From the NCBI GenBank assembly GCA_021325135.1, contig JAJPHT010000013.1, forward strand, positions 1 through 64,000: 64,000 bases of DNA. The letters run 5' to 3'. Each line of letters begins with the position of its first letter. Position 1 is the first letter of the stretch. Of the stretch, positions 47,894 to 57,762 are shown in pieces. The position numbers and the translations under genes are program-made. This DNA is from Pseudomonadota bacterium (lineage in GTDB: Archaea; Thermoplasmatota; SW-10-69-26; JACQPN01; JAJPHT01). The notes beneath the pieces were generated by a model. It saw only the letters and a program-made list of their open reading frames with translations, had not been told where the DNA came from and ran no database searches.

Positions 47894-48736
47894 ATGACCA
47901 TGAGGTGGACACGACCAGCGGCATGCCTTGTCACGCTTCTGCTTGTCTCGCTCCCGCTGACGACGGCGGCATTCCCGCACAACCTCCCGCCGGGCTGTGA
48001 AGAGGCCATTCGCTCGGCGCATGAGAGAATCGCCTCCGAGAAGAACACAATCTCACTTGCGGACGCCGTCACGCTTGTCCAAGCCTCTGGCTCGATTTGC
48101 GGGTTCGATCTCACCGGAGCCCAGCCCACGACGACGGATGCCTTTGCGCTCTGGGCTCTGCTGGACAGCCTCAACGGCGGATATCAGGACGGCGCGATCC
48201 CCTCGCCGAATCTCCCACACGCAGGCGGAATGGGACGCCTGCCCGGCGGTTTGGGCGTTCCGTCTCTGGAGTCTGCGGAAACAACCCCTTGCGGCCTGCC
48301 AGGAAGCGGCCCGGGGACGCTTGACGCCAAGGTCCTGGGGATCGACCTCGGCTCACAGGGCGCTGCCGGGACGTGGAAGACGACGACCGACAAGACCAAG
48401 GAGGTCAGCGGATCGGGAGGGGATTTCAGCGGCGTCGAGGCCGACGGCACCGGCACGGCCACGCTGGCGATCGTTCCCCTCCCCACCACAGGGAACACGA
48501 ACATCTGGTGCACGAACGTGACCGTGACGGAAACCGTGGGGGAGAAGTGCAGGTTCGTTTTCAACCCCGTCCCTCCTGATTTCAGCATGGGGGAGGAATG
48601 CGACGTGATTACAAGGACGGACGCCCACCTGGAACCGCTGGGAGCGGACGCGCACCAAGAGAGCATCCTGAAGCTCGTGACGCTGGACCACGAGTACACC
48701 TACCAGGCGCCCCCGTCCAGCGTCAACGACGCCTGA
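47894..48736 (+). CDS. Secreted protein in lower-GC islet
   Basis: Signal peptide; several Cys; atypical codon usage. Confidence 0.65.
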   Translation: MTMRWTRPAACLVTLLLVSLPLTTAAFPHNLPPGCEEAIRSAHERIASEKNTISLADAVTLVQASGSICGFDLTGAQPTTTDAFALWALLDSLNGGYQDGAIPSPNLPHAGGMGRLPGGLGVPSLESAETTPCGLPGSGPGTLDAKVLGIDLGSQGAAGTWKTTTDKTKEVSGSGGDFSGVEADGTGTATLAIVPLPTTGNTNIWCTNVTVTETVGEKCRFVFNPVPPDFSMGEECDVITRTDAHLEPLGADAHQESILKLVTLDHEYTYQAPPSSVNDA

Positions 48737-48786
48737 AGAAGACAGGTGCCGGAAACTTCAATAATCCCCCGAAGAGGTGACGCGCG

Positions 48787-49707
48787 ATGAAGAGGGAAGC
48801 GGCGGCCCTCCTCCTTGTGGCCGCCCTGCTTACGGGCTGCGTCGAGCAGAACCCCCCCTCAAGCCAGAGGACAGTCTCTTCGGGGAACGTCGTCTTCTCA
48901 GTCCCTTTTGACTTTCAGCCCACGACCTCCAGCGGGTATGCGGTCTTCTCCATCGAGTCGACCCAAAACGCGAGCTTCTTCCTCGAGCATCGGTACGAGT
49001 GGGACACGAACAGGGATGATCCGCTCGAGATCATCTCCGTTGATGCGGACGGCAAGGTCACGAGCCCTGGCACCCTGAGAACCGAATACGCGGATGCTGG
49101 CATGGATTGGGACAACGCCAGTTCAACCCCCATCGAGATCAATGCTGGGCCCGTGGACCAGCACCGCGGTGGCGCCTCAGGCGGCATCGTGCAAGCAAAC
49201 GGCGCGGATTTTACGTATTCTTCCACAAAAAGCAGGCTGTTGCTTGTCATGTGGGCAAACGTCGCCAAGCCCCCCATGATCAGCACAATGTGGCTGGAGG
49301 GGACACGCGTTACAACCGTGGCTGTGGGCGATAGCGTTGTTTCCACGTCTCTGGAAAACATGTCAAGAGGCACGGTTGGCGTCACAAGCCCGCTCGTCAA
49401 TGAGGCGTCTGAGCGGGGGATTTCATTTGGCGCCCCCAACGCTCCGCAATTTGTCGTCGTCAAGGTTCACCGAACCTACGGAGTTGGGACCGCGCTCCTC
49501 TCGGACGGAAAGGTTGCACGTCAATTTGACGTTGGCCGGACCACGGGCGCCGGGGCAACGCGATATTCCATGACCACAGAAGGGACGACAAGCGTGACTC
49601 TCAATGCGACCGGGTTGGACGCCCTCCGGGTGCATGTCATGGCAATGCCCACGGCCGGCGTCAGCCTCCCGCCACACCTGTTTGCGGCCGTCGATGAAGA
49701 CGCATAG
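48787..49707 (+). CDS. Lipoprotein in lower-GC islet
   Basis: LLTGC lipobox, gaggtga RBS; AT-richer codons. Confidence 0.7.
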   Translation: MKREAAALLLVAALLTGCVEQNPPSSQRTVSSGNVVFSVPFDFQPTTSSGYAVFSIESTQNASFFLEHRYEWDTNRDDPLEIISVDADGKVTSPGTLRTEYADAGMDWDNASSTPIEINAGPVDQHRGGASGGIVQANGADFTYSSTKSRLLLVMWANVAKPPMISTMWLEGTRVTTVAVGDSVVSTSLENMSRGTVGVTSPLVNEASERGISFGAPNAPQFVVVKVHRTYGVGTALLSDGKVARQFDVGRTTGAGATRYSMTTEGTTSVTLNATGLDALRVHVMAMPTAGVSLPPHLFAAVDEDA

Positions 49708-49793
49708 ACGACGCAGACTGGAGAAGCGATCGCACCCTTTCATCCCCAGCTTCCCTCCTCTCACGTCCGGGGCGGACGGCAGACGGCTTATGG

Positions 49794-50603
49794 GTGAATG
49801 CGGGAAAGGGCCAAGAGGGGCCCCCTTCTTCCGCCCTTGTGGCCCCGCGCCGCTGGCTCCTCCTGAGCCTCGCCATCCTCTCCCTCGTCCTCCTCGTCAT
49901 CGGGGGCGTCGTCCTCGCCTACTCCGTGCCCGTCACGGACGCCATGGCGCAGGGCGCGCGCCTGCCCGGCGACGCGGAGCCCACCCCGGGCGAGCGGGCC
50001 GTGGCGCTGCCCATCCAGGACCCCGCGCACGTCGCCAACCTCACGAGCGGCGGCGGGGATCCCATCACGGGCCGCGCGGGCGCGCTCCTCGTGGTGGCCG
50101 ACCCGGGCTTCAGCTTCCCCGCGGGCGCGGGCAACGTGACCGTCGTGCGCGCGCTGGCCTACGTCCAGCCGGGGGCCAACGGCAGCTACGCGCAGGACAG
50201 CCTGGCGCTGGGCAACCTCACGCGCGTCGAGAACGGCACGCTCGTCACGTACAACGCCACGGTGGAGGTCAACGCCCTCGCGCTGGGGAAGACGGGCTTC
50301 CTCGTGAAGGCCGACGCCGACTCCACGATCCGCTTCGTGGACGACTCGCGCGTCGTGGGCCAGCTCCAGGGGTACGTCGACTCGACGTCCGCGTACTGGT
50401 TCCTCATCGCGGGCGCCCTGGGCTTCGTGCTGCCCCTGACCTACCTCATCCTCACGCACCGCGGCGCGGGCAAGCGCGGCCTCCCCGGCGGCCTGCCCGG
50501 CGTCACCGGCGTCTGCCCCGAGTGCCGCTCGCCGGTGCCCGCGGGGGCGGAGTTCTGCACGCGCTGCGGCGCCTGGATCACCCACAAGGAGGGAAACCCG
50601 TGA
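49794..50603 (+). CDS. Two-TM protein with C-terminal double Zn ribbon
   Basis: CPEC...FCTRCG. Confidence 0.7.
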   Translation: MNAGKGQEGPPSSALVAPRRWLLLSLAILSLVLLVIGGVVLAYSVPVTDAMAQGARLPGDAEPTPGERAVALPIQDPAHVANLTSGGGDPITGRAGALLVVADPGFSFPAGAGNVTVVRALAYVQPGANGSYAQDSLALGNLTRVENGTLVTYNATVEVNALALGKTGFLVKADADSTIRFVDDSRVVGQLQGYVDSTSAYWFLIAGALGFVLPLTYLILTHRGAGKRGLPGGLPGVTGVCPECRSPVPAGAEFCTRCGAWITHKEGNP

Positions 50604-50764
50604 GCCACGAGGTCACCTGCGCGGTGTGCGGCACCGCGTTCGAGGAGGAGGGCGCGGTCGAGCTTGGCGCGCTGCGCGTCGCGAGGAAGGGGCGCATCTT
50701 CTGGTTCTGCTCGCCCCCGTGCGAGAAGGAGTTCCAGCGCGACCCCGAGGCCTACGGCGGCTGA
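50600..50764 (+). CDS. YHS/TRASH-domain small protein
   Basis: CAVCG...FWFCSPPC..EF..DP..Y; GTGA overlap. Confidence 0.8.
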   Translation: MSHEVTCAVCGTAFEEEGAVELGALRVARKGRIFWFCSPPCEKEFQRDPEAYGG

Positions 50765-50815
50765 GTTCAACGATCGGACCGCGCTGAAGATGACCCCCGC
50801 GGCCGAGCCCGCCGC

Positions 50816-52180
50816 ATGAAGGGCCTCCTCGTCGTCCTTGCGCTCCTCGTCGCCGGCTGCGCCGCGCCCGCCGCGGTGAAACCCGCGAGCTTGCAGGGCG
50901 CATCCGCGCCGGACTTCGCGATCCTCCCCGTGGGGCGCGACGGCGGCGAGCCCTCCCTGGGTGTCGCGGCGGACGGGACCCTCTTCCTCACCGGCCCGCT
51001 CGTGCTCGCGCCGCAGCAGGCCGTCGCGGAGAAGGGGATGGTGATCCCGACGCTGCGCTCCACGGACGGCGGCCGCTCGTGGCAGCCGGTGGGCGACGCG
51101 GCGCGCGACCCCAAGCTGGACGAGGACCCCTGGCTCTGGCTCGACCCGAGGACGGACCGCGTCTACCACGCGCCCCTGGATCTCGCCTGCTCGTGGGCGG
51201 AGTGGAGCGACGACCACGGCGCGACGTGGGACTTCAACCCCGCCGTCGCGTGCCTCCCGCCGGGGCACGACCACCCGAAGCTCACCACCGGGCCGCCCGC
51301 GCCCGGCGTCGCGACGCAGGGCTATCCCGACGTCGTCTACTACGCGTACAACTCGCTCCTCGTGCCCGACGGGGGCCTGCCCCTGCCGGTGGCGACGCGG
51401 CTGGGCACGCTCGTCTCCGTCTCGCTGGACGGCGGAAAGAGCTTCCAGCCACCCGTCGTCGCACACGCCTCCGACTGCCACCGCGGCATCGTCGGGCCCA
51501 TCGCGGTGGCGCCCGACGGCACGGCGTACCTGCCCAAGGGGACGTGCGACGGGCTTGATATCATCGTCTCGCGCGACTCGGGGAAGACCTGGGCCGTCGC
51601 AGCCTCGCTGGACTCGGAGGGCGCGCTGGACGACTTCGCGTTCGATCCTGGCGTCGCGGTGGACGACGCCGGGAACGCCTACGCGGTCTGGCCCGGCAGG
51701 GACGCGCTGCTCCACCTCTCGCGCAGCGCGGACGACGGCCGCTCGTGGAGCGCGCCCGTGACGATCACGCCGCCAGGCGTCACCGCCACCGTCTACAGCA
51801 GCGTCGTCGCGGGCGCCGCGGGCAAGCTCGCCGTCGCCTACGCCTCCACGACGAGCGACCCTTCGGGCTGGGCGCATCGCGCGTCCTCCTTCGCGGACGA
51901 GGGCACGGTCTGGGACCTCCACGTCGCGCTCCTTGACGGCGCGCGGCTCGTCCGGACGCTGGACGTGACGCCGCCGGGCGACCCGCTCCAGCGCGGATGC
52001 ATCTGGATGCGCGGCGGCCAGAGCGAGTGCCGGAACCTCCTGGACTTCGTGACGCTGACGCAGCGCGACGGCAAGCTCTACCTCGCGTACACGGACGGGT
52101 GCGACCGGTGCGCGGACGCGGCCTCCAGCCGGGACGCGCACCTGATAGTGGCGATCACGCGGGACGCGCCATTGCGGTAG
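50816..52180 (+). CDS. Lipoprotein with BNR/Asp-box repeats (sialidase-like beta propeller)
   Basis: VAGC lipobox; STDGGRSW, SDDHGATW, SLDGGKSF, SRDSGKTW, SADDGRSW. Confidence 0.85.
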   Translation: MKGLLVVLALLVAGCAAPAAVKPASLQGASAPDFAILPVGRDGGEPSLGVAADGTLFLTGPLVLAPQQAVAEKGMVIPTLRSTDGGRSWQPVGDAARDPKLDEDPWLWLDPRTDRVYHAPLDLACSWAEWSDDHGATWDFNPAVACLPPGHDHPKLTTGPPAPGVATQGYPDVVYYAYNSLLVPDGGLPLPVATRLGTLVSVSLDGGKSFQPPVVAHASDCHRGIVGPIAVAPDGTAYLPKGTCDGLDIIVSRDSGKTWAVAASLDSEGALDDFAFDPGVAVDDAGNAYAVWPGRDALLHLSRSADDGRSWSAPVTITPPGVTATVYSSVVAGAAGKLAVAYASTTSDPSGWAHRASSFADEGTVWDLHVALLDGARLVRTLDVTPPGDPLQRGCIWMRGGQSECRNLLDFVTLTQRDGKLYLAYTDGCDRCADAASSRDAHLIVAITRDAPLR

Positions 52181-53978
52181 GCTCGACCTGCTTGAGGAGG
52201 GTCCGCGCCAGCTCGTGCGGGTCCACCGCGATGACGCGCCCGCGCGCCTCCTTCATGAGCGCCTCGGCGCTCTTGACGTACATCTCGTCCCTGGGCTCCA
52301 GGAGGAGCATCACGACGCCCGCGACGCTGCGCTCGCGCGCAAGCTGCCGCGCCTGCTCCTTGGCGTAGGCCATCGCCTTGTCGGGGTGGCCCGCCACGTC
52401 CTCCTTCCCCTTGGTGTACGCCTCGGGAAGGCCGTCGGTGACGAGGTAGACCAGCGTGCGCCCGCTCCTGCCGCGCTGCGCGGCCTCGCGGGCGAGACGC
52501 AGCGCCGCGCCGTGGTTGGTGAATCCGCGCGGCTCCGCCTCCCACATCTCCTTGAGGGAGACGCGCTTGACGCTGGTGTCCATGAGCAGCAGGTCCACCT
52601 GGCTGCGCGGGTTGCGGCGGCGCACCGCGTGGTGCAGCGCGAGCGCGGCGCGCTTGGCGGCGTCCATGCGGCCGTTCTCCTCCATGCTGCCGCTGCGGTC
52701 GACCACGAGCACGACGTGGATGGAGTTCTCGCGCTCCTCGCGGTAGACCACCACGTCGTCCTCCACCATGTGGCGCACGTGGGGGTGGCGCGAGCGGGCG
52801 CGCAGCAGGCTCGCGGGGATGTCCATGCGGCTGATCTCGACGGCGGAGCGCAGCGGCTCGCGCAGGTAGTGGCCCTCCCCCTCGGCGTATTCGCCCGCGC
52901 TGCCGCGGGAGGCGCCCGCGCCGCGCGACTCGTCCTGGTAGACGAGCGCGGCGAAGCGGTCCATGAACTGGAGCGTGGGCAGGAGCTTGCCCCCCGACTC
53001 GCGCAGGAGGCCCGCGGCCTTCAGCTCGTCGACGATGGCCTCCTTGACCTCCTCCTCGGGCGCGGCGCGGAGGGCCTCCTCGATGCGCTGCGCCTCGGCC
53101 TCGCGCTCCTCCTCCAAGCGCCGCGCGTCGGTGTCGTGCTCGCGCGCGGCCTCGCTCTCCTGCGCCGCCAGCGCGGCGAGGCGGTCCTGGAGCGACTCGG
53201 CGGCGCGGCGCTGGCCCTGCTTCGCGCGCTCGGCCTCCTCGGCCATCATCTGCGCCATGGCCTTCTGCGCCAGCGACTCGTAGTCCTCGCGCCCCAGCAG
53301 GCGCTCCCACGCGCGGCGCACGCGCTCGCGGGTGGGCGCCTCGCGCAGCTTCGCCTTGACCGCGCTGCGGAAGCCCGCGTCCGCGAGGTACAGGCTCCCC
53401 GCGCGCCCCACCGCGGCGCCGCCGGGGACCTCCAAGGCGACGCGGTCGGGCTCCCTCCGCGCGGGCAGGAGCTTGCGCAGGAGCCACAGGAGCGGGAAGA
53501 GGATCACGCGCAGCACGCGCGCGAGGGCGGCCAGCGCGCGGCGCCACCAGGGGGGCCGCGCGGCGACGTCCGCGTCCAGCGCGAGGCCGATCACGGGGTT
53601 GGCCCGCAGCGCGTCGAGGAGCGCGGAGTCTGACGCGCCGCGCAGGCGCGCGAGGTCCGCGCTGGCGAGGTCGCGCTCGCGCTGCAATTCCGCCAGGCGG
53701 GCGCGGTACGCGGCCTCCTCGGCGGCGGCCCGCTCGCCGAACTCCTCCGCGAGCTTGCGCTTCAGCTCCGCCGCGCGCTTGAGCAGCTCCTCCTTGAGCT
53801 TCTGCACCTTCCGCGCGATGGCGGAGTCCTCCCTCTCGCGCTCCTTGATGAACGCGTCGATGGCGCCAGGGCCCTCGGCCGCGATGCGCCGGACCAGCTC
53901 CCTGCGCTCCGCCGGCGTGAGCCCGAAGCTGTCATAGTCGCCCTGGCAGTCCGGGAGGTGGAGCTTCGTCTGGGCCAC
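52155..53978 (-). CDS. Coiled-coil plus vWA (MIDAS) protein
   Basis: DRSGSM, FTN, VTDG MIDAS residues; long coiled coil. Confidence 0.85.
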   Translation of the reverse strand: MAQTKLHLPDCQGDYDSFGLTPAERRELVRRIAAEGPGAIDAFIKEREREDSAIARKVQKLKEELLKRAAELKRKLAEEFGERAAAEEAAYRARLAELQRERDLASADLARLRGASDSALLDALRANPVIGLALDADVAARPPWWRRALAALARVLRVILFPLLWLLRKLLPARREPDRVALEVPGGAAVGRAGSLYLADAGFRSAVKAKLREAPTRERVRRAWERLLGREDYESLAQKAMAQMMAEEAERAKQGQRRAAESLQDRLAALAAQESEAAREHDTDARRLEEEREAEAQRIEEALRAAPEEEVKEAIVDELKAAGLLRESGGKLLPTLQFMDRFAALVYQDESRGAGASRGSAGEYAEGEGHYLREPLRSAVEISRMDIPASLLRARSRHPHVRHMVEDDVVVYREERENSIHVVLVVDRSGSMEENGRMDAAKRAALALHHAVRRRNPRSQVDLLLMDTSVKRVSLKEMWEAEPRGFTNHGAALRLAREAAQRGRSGRTLVYLVTDGLPEAYTKGKEDVAGHPDKAMAYAKEQARQLARERSVAGVVMLLLEPRDEMYVKSAEALMKEARGRVIAVDPHELARTLLKQVEPTAMARPA

Positions 53979-53984
53979 GAGGGA

Positions 53985-55487
53985 TCACTTCTTCGCGGGC
54001 GCGGCGGGCGTCTTGGGCGCGTCGAACGTGCCCGTCGCCTCGAAGGTCTTGAGCACCATCGAGAACCGGTCGCGCTTGACCTCGGGGGAAGCCCCGGCCG
54101 CTTCGCGGGCGTCCACGTACTCGGCGAAGCGGCGCAGCTTGGCCAGTCCGCTGGTCCCGGCCAGCGCCTCGGCCACGAGCTTGGGCTGCGCGGCGGCGTC
54201 CTTCAGCTCGCGCGCGGTGCGGTCGCCCTCGCTCCTGTCCTCCTTGAGGACCTCGACGAAGAAGCCGCACCAGTAGTCGGTCGCGGCGTCGGCGAGCGCC
54301 TTGGGCGACTGCTTCGCGAGGAAGGCCTCGACGGCCTCGCGGTTCTCCAGGTAGCCCTCGCCGCTGCGGCCGCGCACGCGGCCCACCATGGCCTCCTGCG
54401 CGCCGCGGAGGAAGTCCTCGCCCGCGACCAGCGCCGCGCCGCGCAGGAGCGCGTGCGCCTCGGCGCGGCGCAGCACGTCGATCATGGTGCGGTTGCTGCC
54501 CACCTCGCCAAGCTCGGGGCTCTCGCCGCTGACCTTGCGCCAGCGCTCGATGAGGAGCACCGCCGCCTCGCGCACGAGGGTCGGGGTGGTCAGGCGCGCG
54601 CCGCGCAGCGCGAGGTCGACGATGAGGCGGTTCTTGGCGTGGTCCGCGTTGAAGGGGACGTAGACGCTGGTGAAGCGGCCCAGGAGCGGCTCCTCGATGG
54701 CCTCCAGGTCCGCGAGGTTGCTGGTGGCGACGGCGACGAAGCTGGCGGGGAACGTCTCGCGGCTCTTGCTGGGCGTCACGATGTTCTCCTGGAGCGCCTG
54801 GAGGAGGACGTTCTGCGTGCCGCGGGGGAGCTTGCCCACCTCGTCCACGAGGAAGACGCCGCGGTTGGCCTGCATGACCTTGCCCGGCTCCAGCACCAGG
54901 GGGCTCTCGGGGTCGCCGATCTCCTCCAGCTTGACCAGGTTGATGGCCCCCGTCAGGTAGTCGGGGAACACCTCGGGGCTGCCTTGCAGGCGCGCGAAGC
55001 CGTACCCCTCGCGCAGGCGCGCGACCTTCACGGGCACCTTCTTCGCGTCCACGCGGGCGGCGTCGAAGTCGCCAATCTCCTTGTACGAGACGGCGCCGTG
55101 GCGCGTGCGGCAGGCGGGGCACGCCGGGTGGCGCGCGGCGAACTCGGTCGATATCAAGGAGAACGGATCGTCCTGCACGGGGCAGTCCTCGACGACGAGC
55201 GCGTCCTTGGGGTAGAGGTTCCAGATGTCCTTGGCGAGGGAGGTCTTCCCCGAGCCGGGCGGGCCGATGAGGAGGAGGTTCGTACCCGAGAGGAGAGCGG
55301 CGGTCACGCTCTCCAGCACCTCGTCGTCCAGCTGCGTGTTGGGGAAGAGGTCCTGGATCGCCTCGCGGCGCGACGCGCCCTGGGCTTCGAGCGCGCGCAG
55401 CCGCTCCAGGAGCGCGTCGCGGAGGCGGTCCGCCGGGAGCCGCGGCGCCATGCCGCGCGCAAGGAGGGAATCTGCCGTCTGGGCCAC
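53985..55487 (-). CDS. AAA+ ATPase (Mg-chelatase I/MoxR-like)
   Basis: GPPGSGKT, ANRG..LVDE, ATSN, LLGRF; CPVQD...CPAC insert. Confidence 0.87.
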   Translation of the reverse strand: MAQTADSLLARGMAPRLPADRLRDALLERLRALEAQGASRREAIQDLFPNTQLDDEVLESVTAALLSGTNLLLIGPPGSGKTSLAKDIWNLYPKDALVVEDCPVQDDPFSLISTEFAARHPACPACRTRHGAVSYKEIGDFDAARVDAKKVPVKVARLREGYGFARLQGSPEVFPDYLTGAINLVKLEEIGDPESPLVLEPGKVMQANRGVFLVDEVGKLPRGTQNVLLQALQENIVTPSKSRETFPASFVAVATSNLADLEAIEEPLLGRFTSVYVPFNADHAKNRLIVDLALRGARLTTPTLVREAAVLLIERWRKVSGESPELGEVGSNRTMIDVLRRAEAHALLRGAALVAGEDFLRGAQEAMVGRVRGRSGEGYLENREAVEAFLAKQSPKALADAATDYWCGFFVEVLKEDRSEGDRTARELKDAAAQPKLVAEALAGTSGLAKLRRFAEYVDAREAAGASPEVKRDRFSMVLKTFEATGTFDAPKTPAAPAKK

Positions 55488-55509
55488 GCCGCGGCATCGC
55501 CCGGCCGGC

Positions 55510-56112
55510 TTAAAGCGGTCGGCGCGCGGCGGGGACGCCTAGCAGCAGGGCGGCGCCCGACGCGAGGCCCGTCCAGGGGAGGAGCGCGGCCACCACGGGG
55601 TGAAGCCACGCGGCGCCCGCGTCCACCGGCACCATCTGGCCCCCGGGGCCGGTGGCCCACGTGTGCGGCTCGAGGTGGATCGCCAGCGCGAGCGTCGCGA
55701 GGAGCGCGGCGCCCGCGAGGCCCGCGACGCGGGCGCGCCGGTCGGGCCAGAGCGCGGCGGCCAAGGCGGCCGCGACCATGAGCCGGCTCGCGAGGACGTC
55801 CGGGTCGAGGCGCATCCAGCCGGGGATCGCCTCGACGGCGAGGCCCAGCGCGAGCAGCGCGGCGGCGACCCAGAGGGACCTGCGGAACGGCGCCGCGAGG
55901 TTGCCCGTGACGCACAGCAGGAGGAGGAGCACGAACCCGAAGATCGCGAGGAAGGAGCCCAGCGTGCCGGGAAGCGAGGGCCACTCCAGCAGGCGCGCGG
56001 GCACGCCGAACGCGGCGCCCTGGTTCGCGAAGGCGACGAGCATCGTGCCCGCTCCCAGGCACGCAAGGCCGACGCGCGTGGGAAGCGGCCCGCGGAGGTC
56101 GACGTCTCGCAC
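55510..56112 (-). CDS. Membrane protein
   Basis: About six TM helices. Confidence 0.6.
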   Translation of the reverse strand: MRDVDLRGPLPTRVGLACLGAGTMLVAFANQGAAFGVPARLLEWPSLPGTLGSFLAIFGFVLLLLLCVTGNLAAPFRRSLWVAAALLALGLAVEAIPGWMRLDPDVLASRLMVAAALAAALWPDRRARVAGLAGAALLATLALAIHLEPHTWATGPGGQMVPVDAGAAWLHPVVAALLPWTGLASGAALLLGVPAARRPL

Positions 56113-56157
56113 GCGAAGGGCTCGGCGCCGGTCGCTCTTGTCCCTTTCGACGCGTCC

Positions 56158-56337
56158 TCAGCGCGGCCCGCGCACGCTCGCGAGGGCGTCCACGGGGCAG
56201 AGGCGGACGCAGAGGTCGCACTCCGTGCAGGAGGCGCGCACGGTGATGAAGCCCTGGAAGAGGTCCAGCGAGTCGTGGGGGCAGACGCCCACGCAGCCGC
56301 CGCAGTCCATGCAGCGCTCGGCCAGGAACTCGGGCAC
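56158..56337 (-). CDS. 2[4Fe-4S] ferredoxin
   Basis: CMDCGGCVGVCP and CTECDLCVRLCP; start uncertain. Confidence 0.88.
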   Translation of the reverse strand: MPEFLAERCMDCGGCVGVCPHDSLDLFQGFITVRASCTECDLCVRLCPVDALASVRGPR

Positions 56338-56742
56338 GCGCCCAGCGAAGGCCAGCCGGGACAAGAATGTGGCTTCCTCGCGGGGAAGGCCTGCCGTGAC
56401 CGGAAAAGAAGCCGGTTTACCGAACTTCGTCCGACAAAGATGAGCCATTGCCGTCACTGGACCGATAAACGGTCCAACCCCATGTCACAATCTTTAATAA
56501 TGGTCCAGGGGCTGATCATGCGACAAGCCGGGGAGAGGCTTGCCTGCTCCGGGCCGCAGGAGGCCCGGGTCATGAGAATCGGTGTGACGAATGGAAGGAA
56601 CCTACGAACGCGACGAGACGACCCCCCGAACGTTGCAGCCCCACGCGGCCCTGATCCCCGCCGCGACCCGCCTCAACCGCGGGCCGAACACCGGCTGGCA
56701 CTTCGCGGTCCTCGTCCGCGCCGCCTACTCGCGCCTGGAGGG

Positions 56743-57108
56743 ATCGGCCTGATCGCCCAGGATGAGAAGGGCGCCTTCCAGGAGGCCCTGGAGCGGGCCT
56801 TCGAGATGGAGCCCGAGGACGCCCGCGAGCTGGCCGACGTGGTCCTGGATCGCTTCGCCGAGGTGGACGAGGTGGACGACTCCACCCTCGACGCCGAGGT
56901 CCGCAGCGTGTTCTACACGCTGGAGGCCAAGAAGATGCTCAGCTTCCGCCGCGTCGAATACACGCGGGAGGATGGCGACAAGCGCCGCGCCTTCTACTGG
57001 AAGCTGCGCCCCGAGGCGTTCCACGGCGAGGTCACGGTCCCCGTGCAGGACATGGACGCCGACGTCTACAGCTCGCTCCCCCCGACCGCCTGGCGCCACG
57101 CCGGGTAG
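56743..57108 (+). CDS. TFE-like winged-helix protein (DUF6015-like), paralog 1; start uncertain
   Basis: VRSVFYTLEAKKMLSFRR...RAFYW; ggaggg then ATC/CTG. Confidence 0.7.
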   Translation: MGLIAQDEKGAFQEALERAFEMEPEDARELADVVLDRFAEVDEVDDSTLDAEVRSVFYTLEAKKMLSFRRVEYTREDGDKRRAFYWKLRPEAFHGEVTVPVQDMDADVYSSLPPTAWRHAG

Positions 57109-57290
57109 GGCCCCTTTTTCGATCTCCGCCGCGGCTGCCTCTGTCCGCGGCGCACCCTTCTCCAACAGATCGCAGTCTGTCCGAGAACCTACTAAGCCCC
57201 CGGAGGCGGTTGTTGCCAGACCTCCCGGTCGAGGGGCGTTCAACAAGTCGCTTCTAGGGTCCGGGGAGGGGAAAGGCATCAGGTGAACCG

Positions 57291-57701
57291 ATGGAGGATG
57301 ACACCCGCGTCGAGGCCCCCGCGCCCGCCCCCCAGGTCGTCGACGAGGAGCGCGTCTCGACCCTTTCCGACACGCTGCGCGAGAAGTTCGACATGGCGCC
57401 CGACGACGCGTCCGAGATCGCCCGCGTGGTGGTCGAGCAGTTCGGCCCCGCCAACGAGGTCAACGACGAGACGCTTGACCCCTCGGTGCGCAGCATCTTC
57501 TACACGCTGGAGGCGAAGAAGATCCTCAGCTTCCGCCGCGAGGAGTACGTCTGGGAGAACGGCGAGAAGCGCCGCGGCTTCTGGTGGCGCATCCGCGACG
57601 ACGCGCTCGCCTCCGTGCACACGATCCCCGTCCTCGACGCCGAGGAGGACGTGTACGCGAGCCTCCCCAAGGACGCCTGGACGGCGCGGCAGCACGCCTA
57701 G
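57291..57701 (+). CDS. TFE-like winged-helix protein (DUF6015-like), paralog 2
   Basis: VRSIFYTLEAKKILSFRR...RGFWW; aggtga RBS. Confidence 0.75.
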   Translation: MEDDTRVEAPAPAPQVVDEERVSTLSDTLREKFDMAPDDASEIARVVVEQFGPANEVNDETLDPSVRSIFYTLEAKKILSFRREEYVWENGEKRRGFWWRIRDDALASVHTIPVLDAEEDVYASLPKDAWTARQHA

Positions 57702-57762
57702 TCGTTCTACGCCTCATCCCAGAAAGGGTTAATACCGCACCCCCGATGGAACGCCGATCCAC

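Noticed and set aside
53985-55487. Magnesium chelatase or photosynthesis gene
   Set aside because: No bch/chl or cobN genes nearby; a generic AAA+/vWA pair is more likely
56515-56742. SRP RNA, RNase P RNA or tRNA in the long intergenic gap
   Set aside because: Hairpins are present but I could not identify the conserved SRP helix 8, RNase P P4 or T-loop motifs; an Infernal/Rfam scan would settle it
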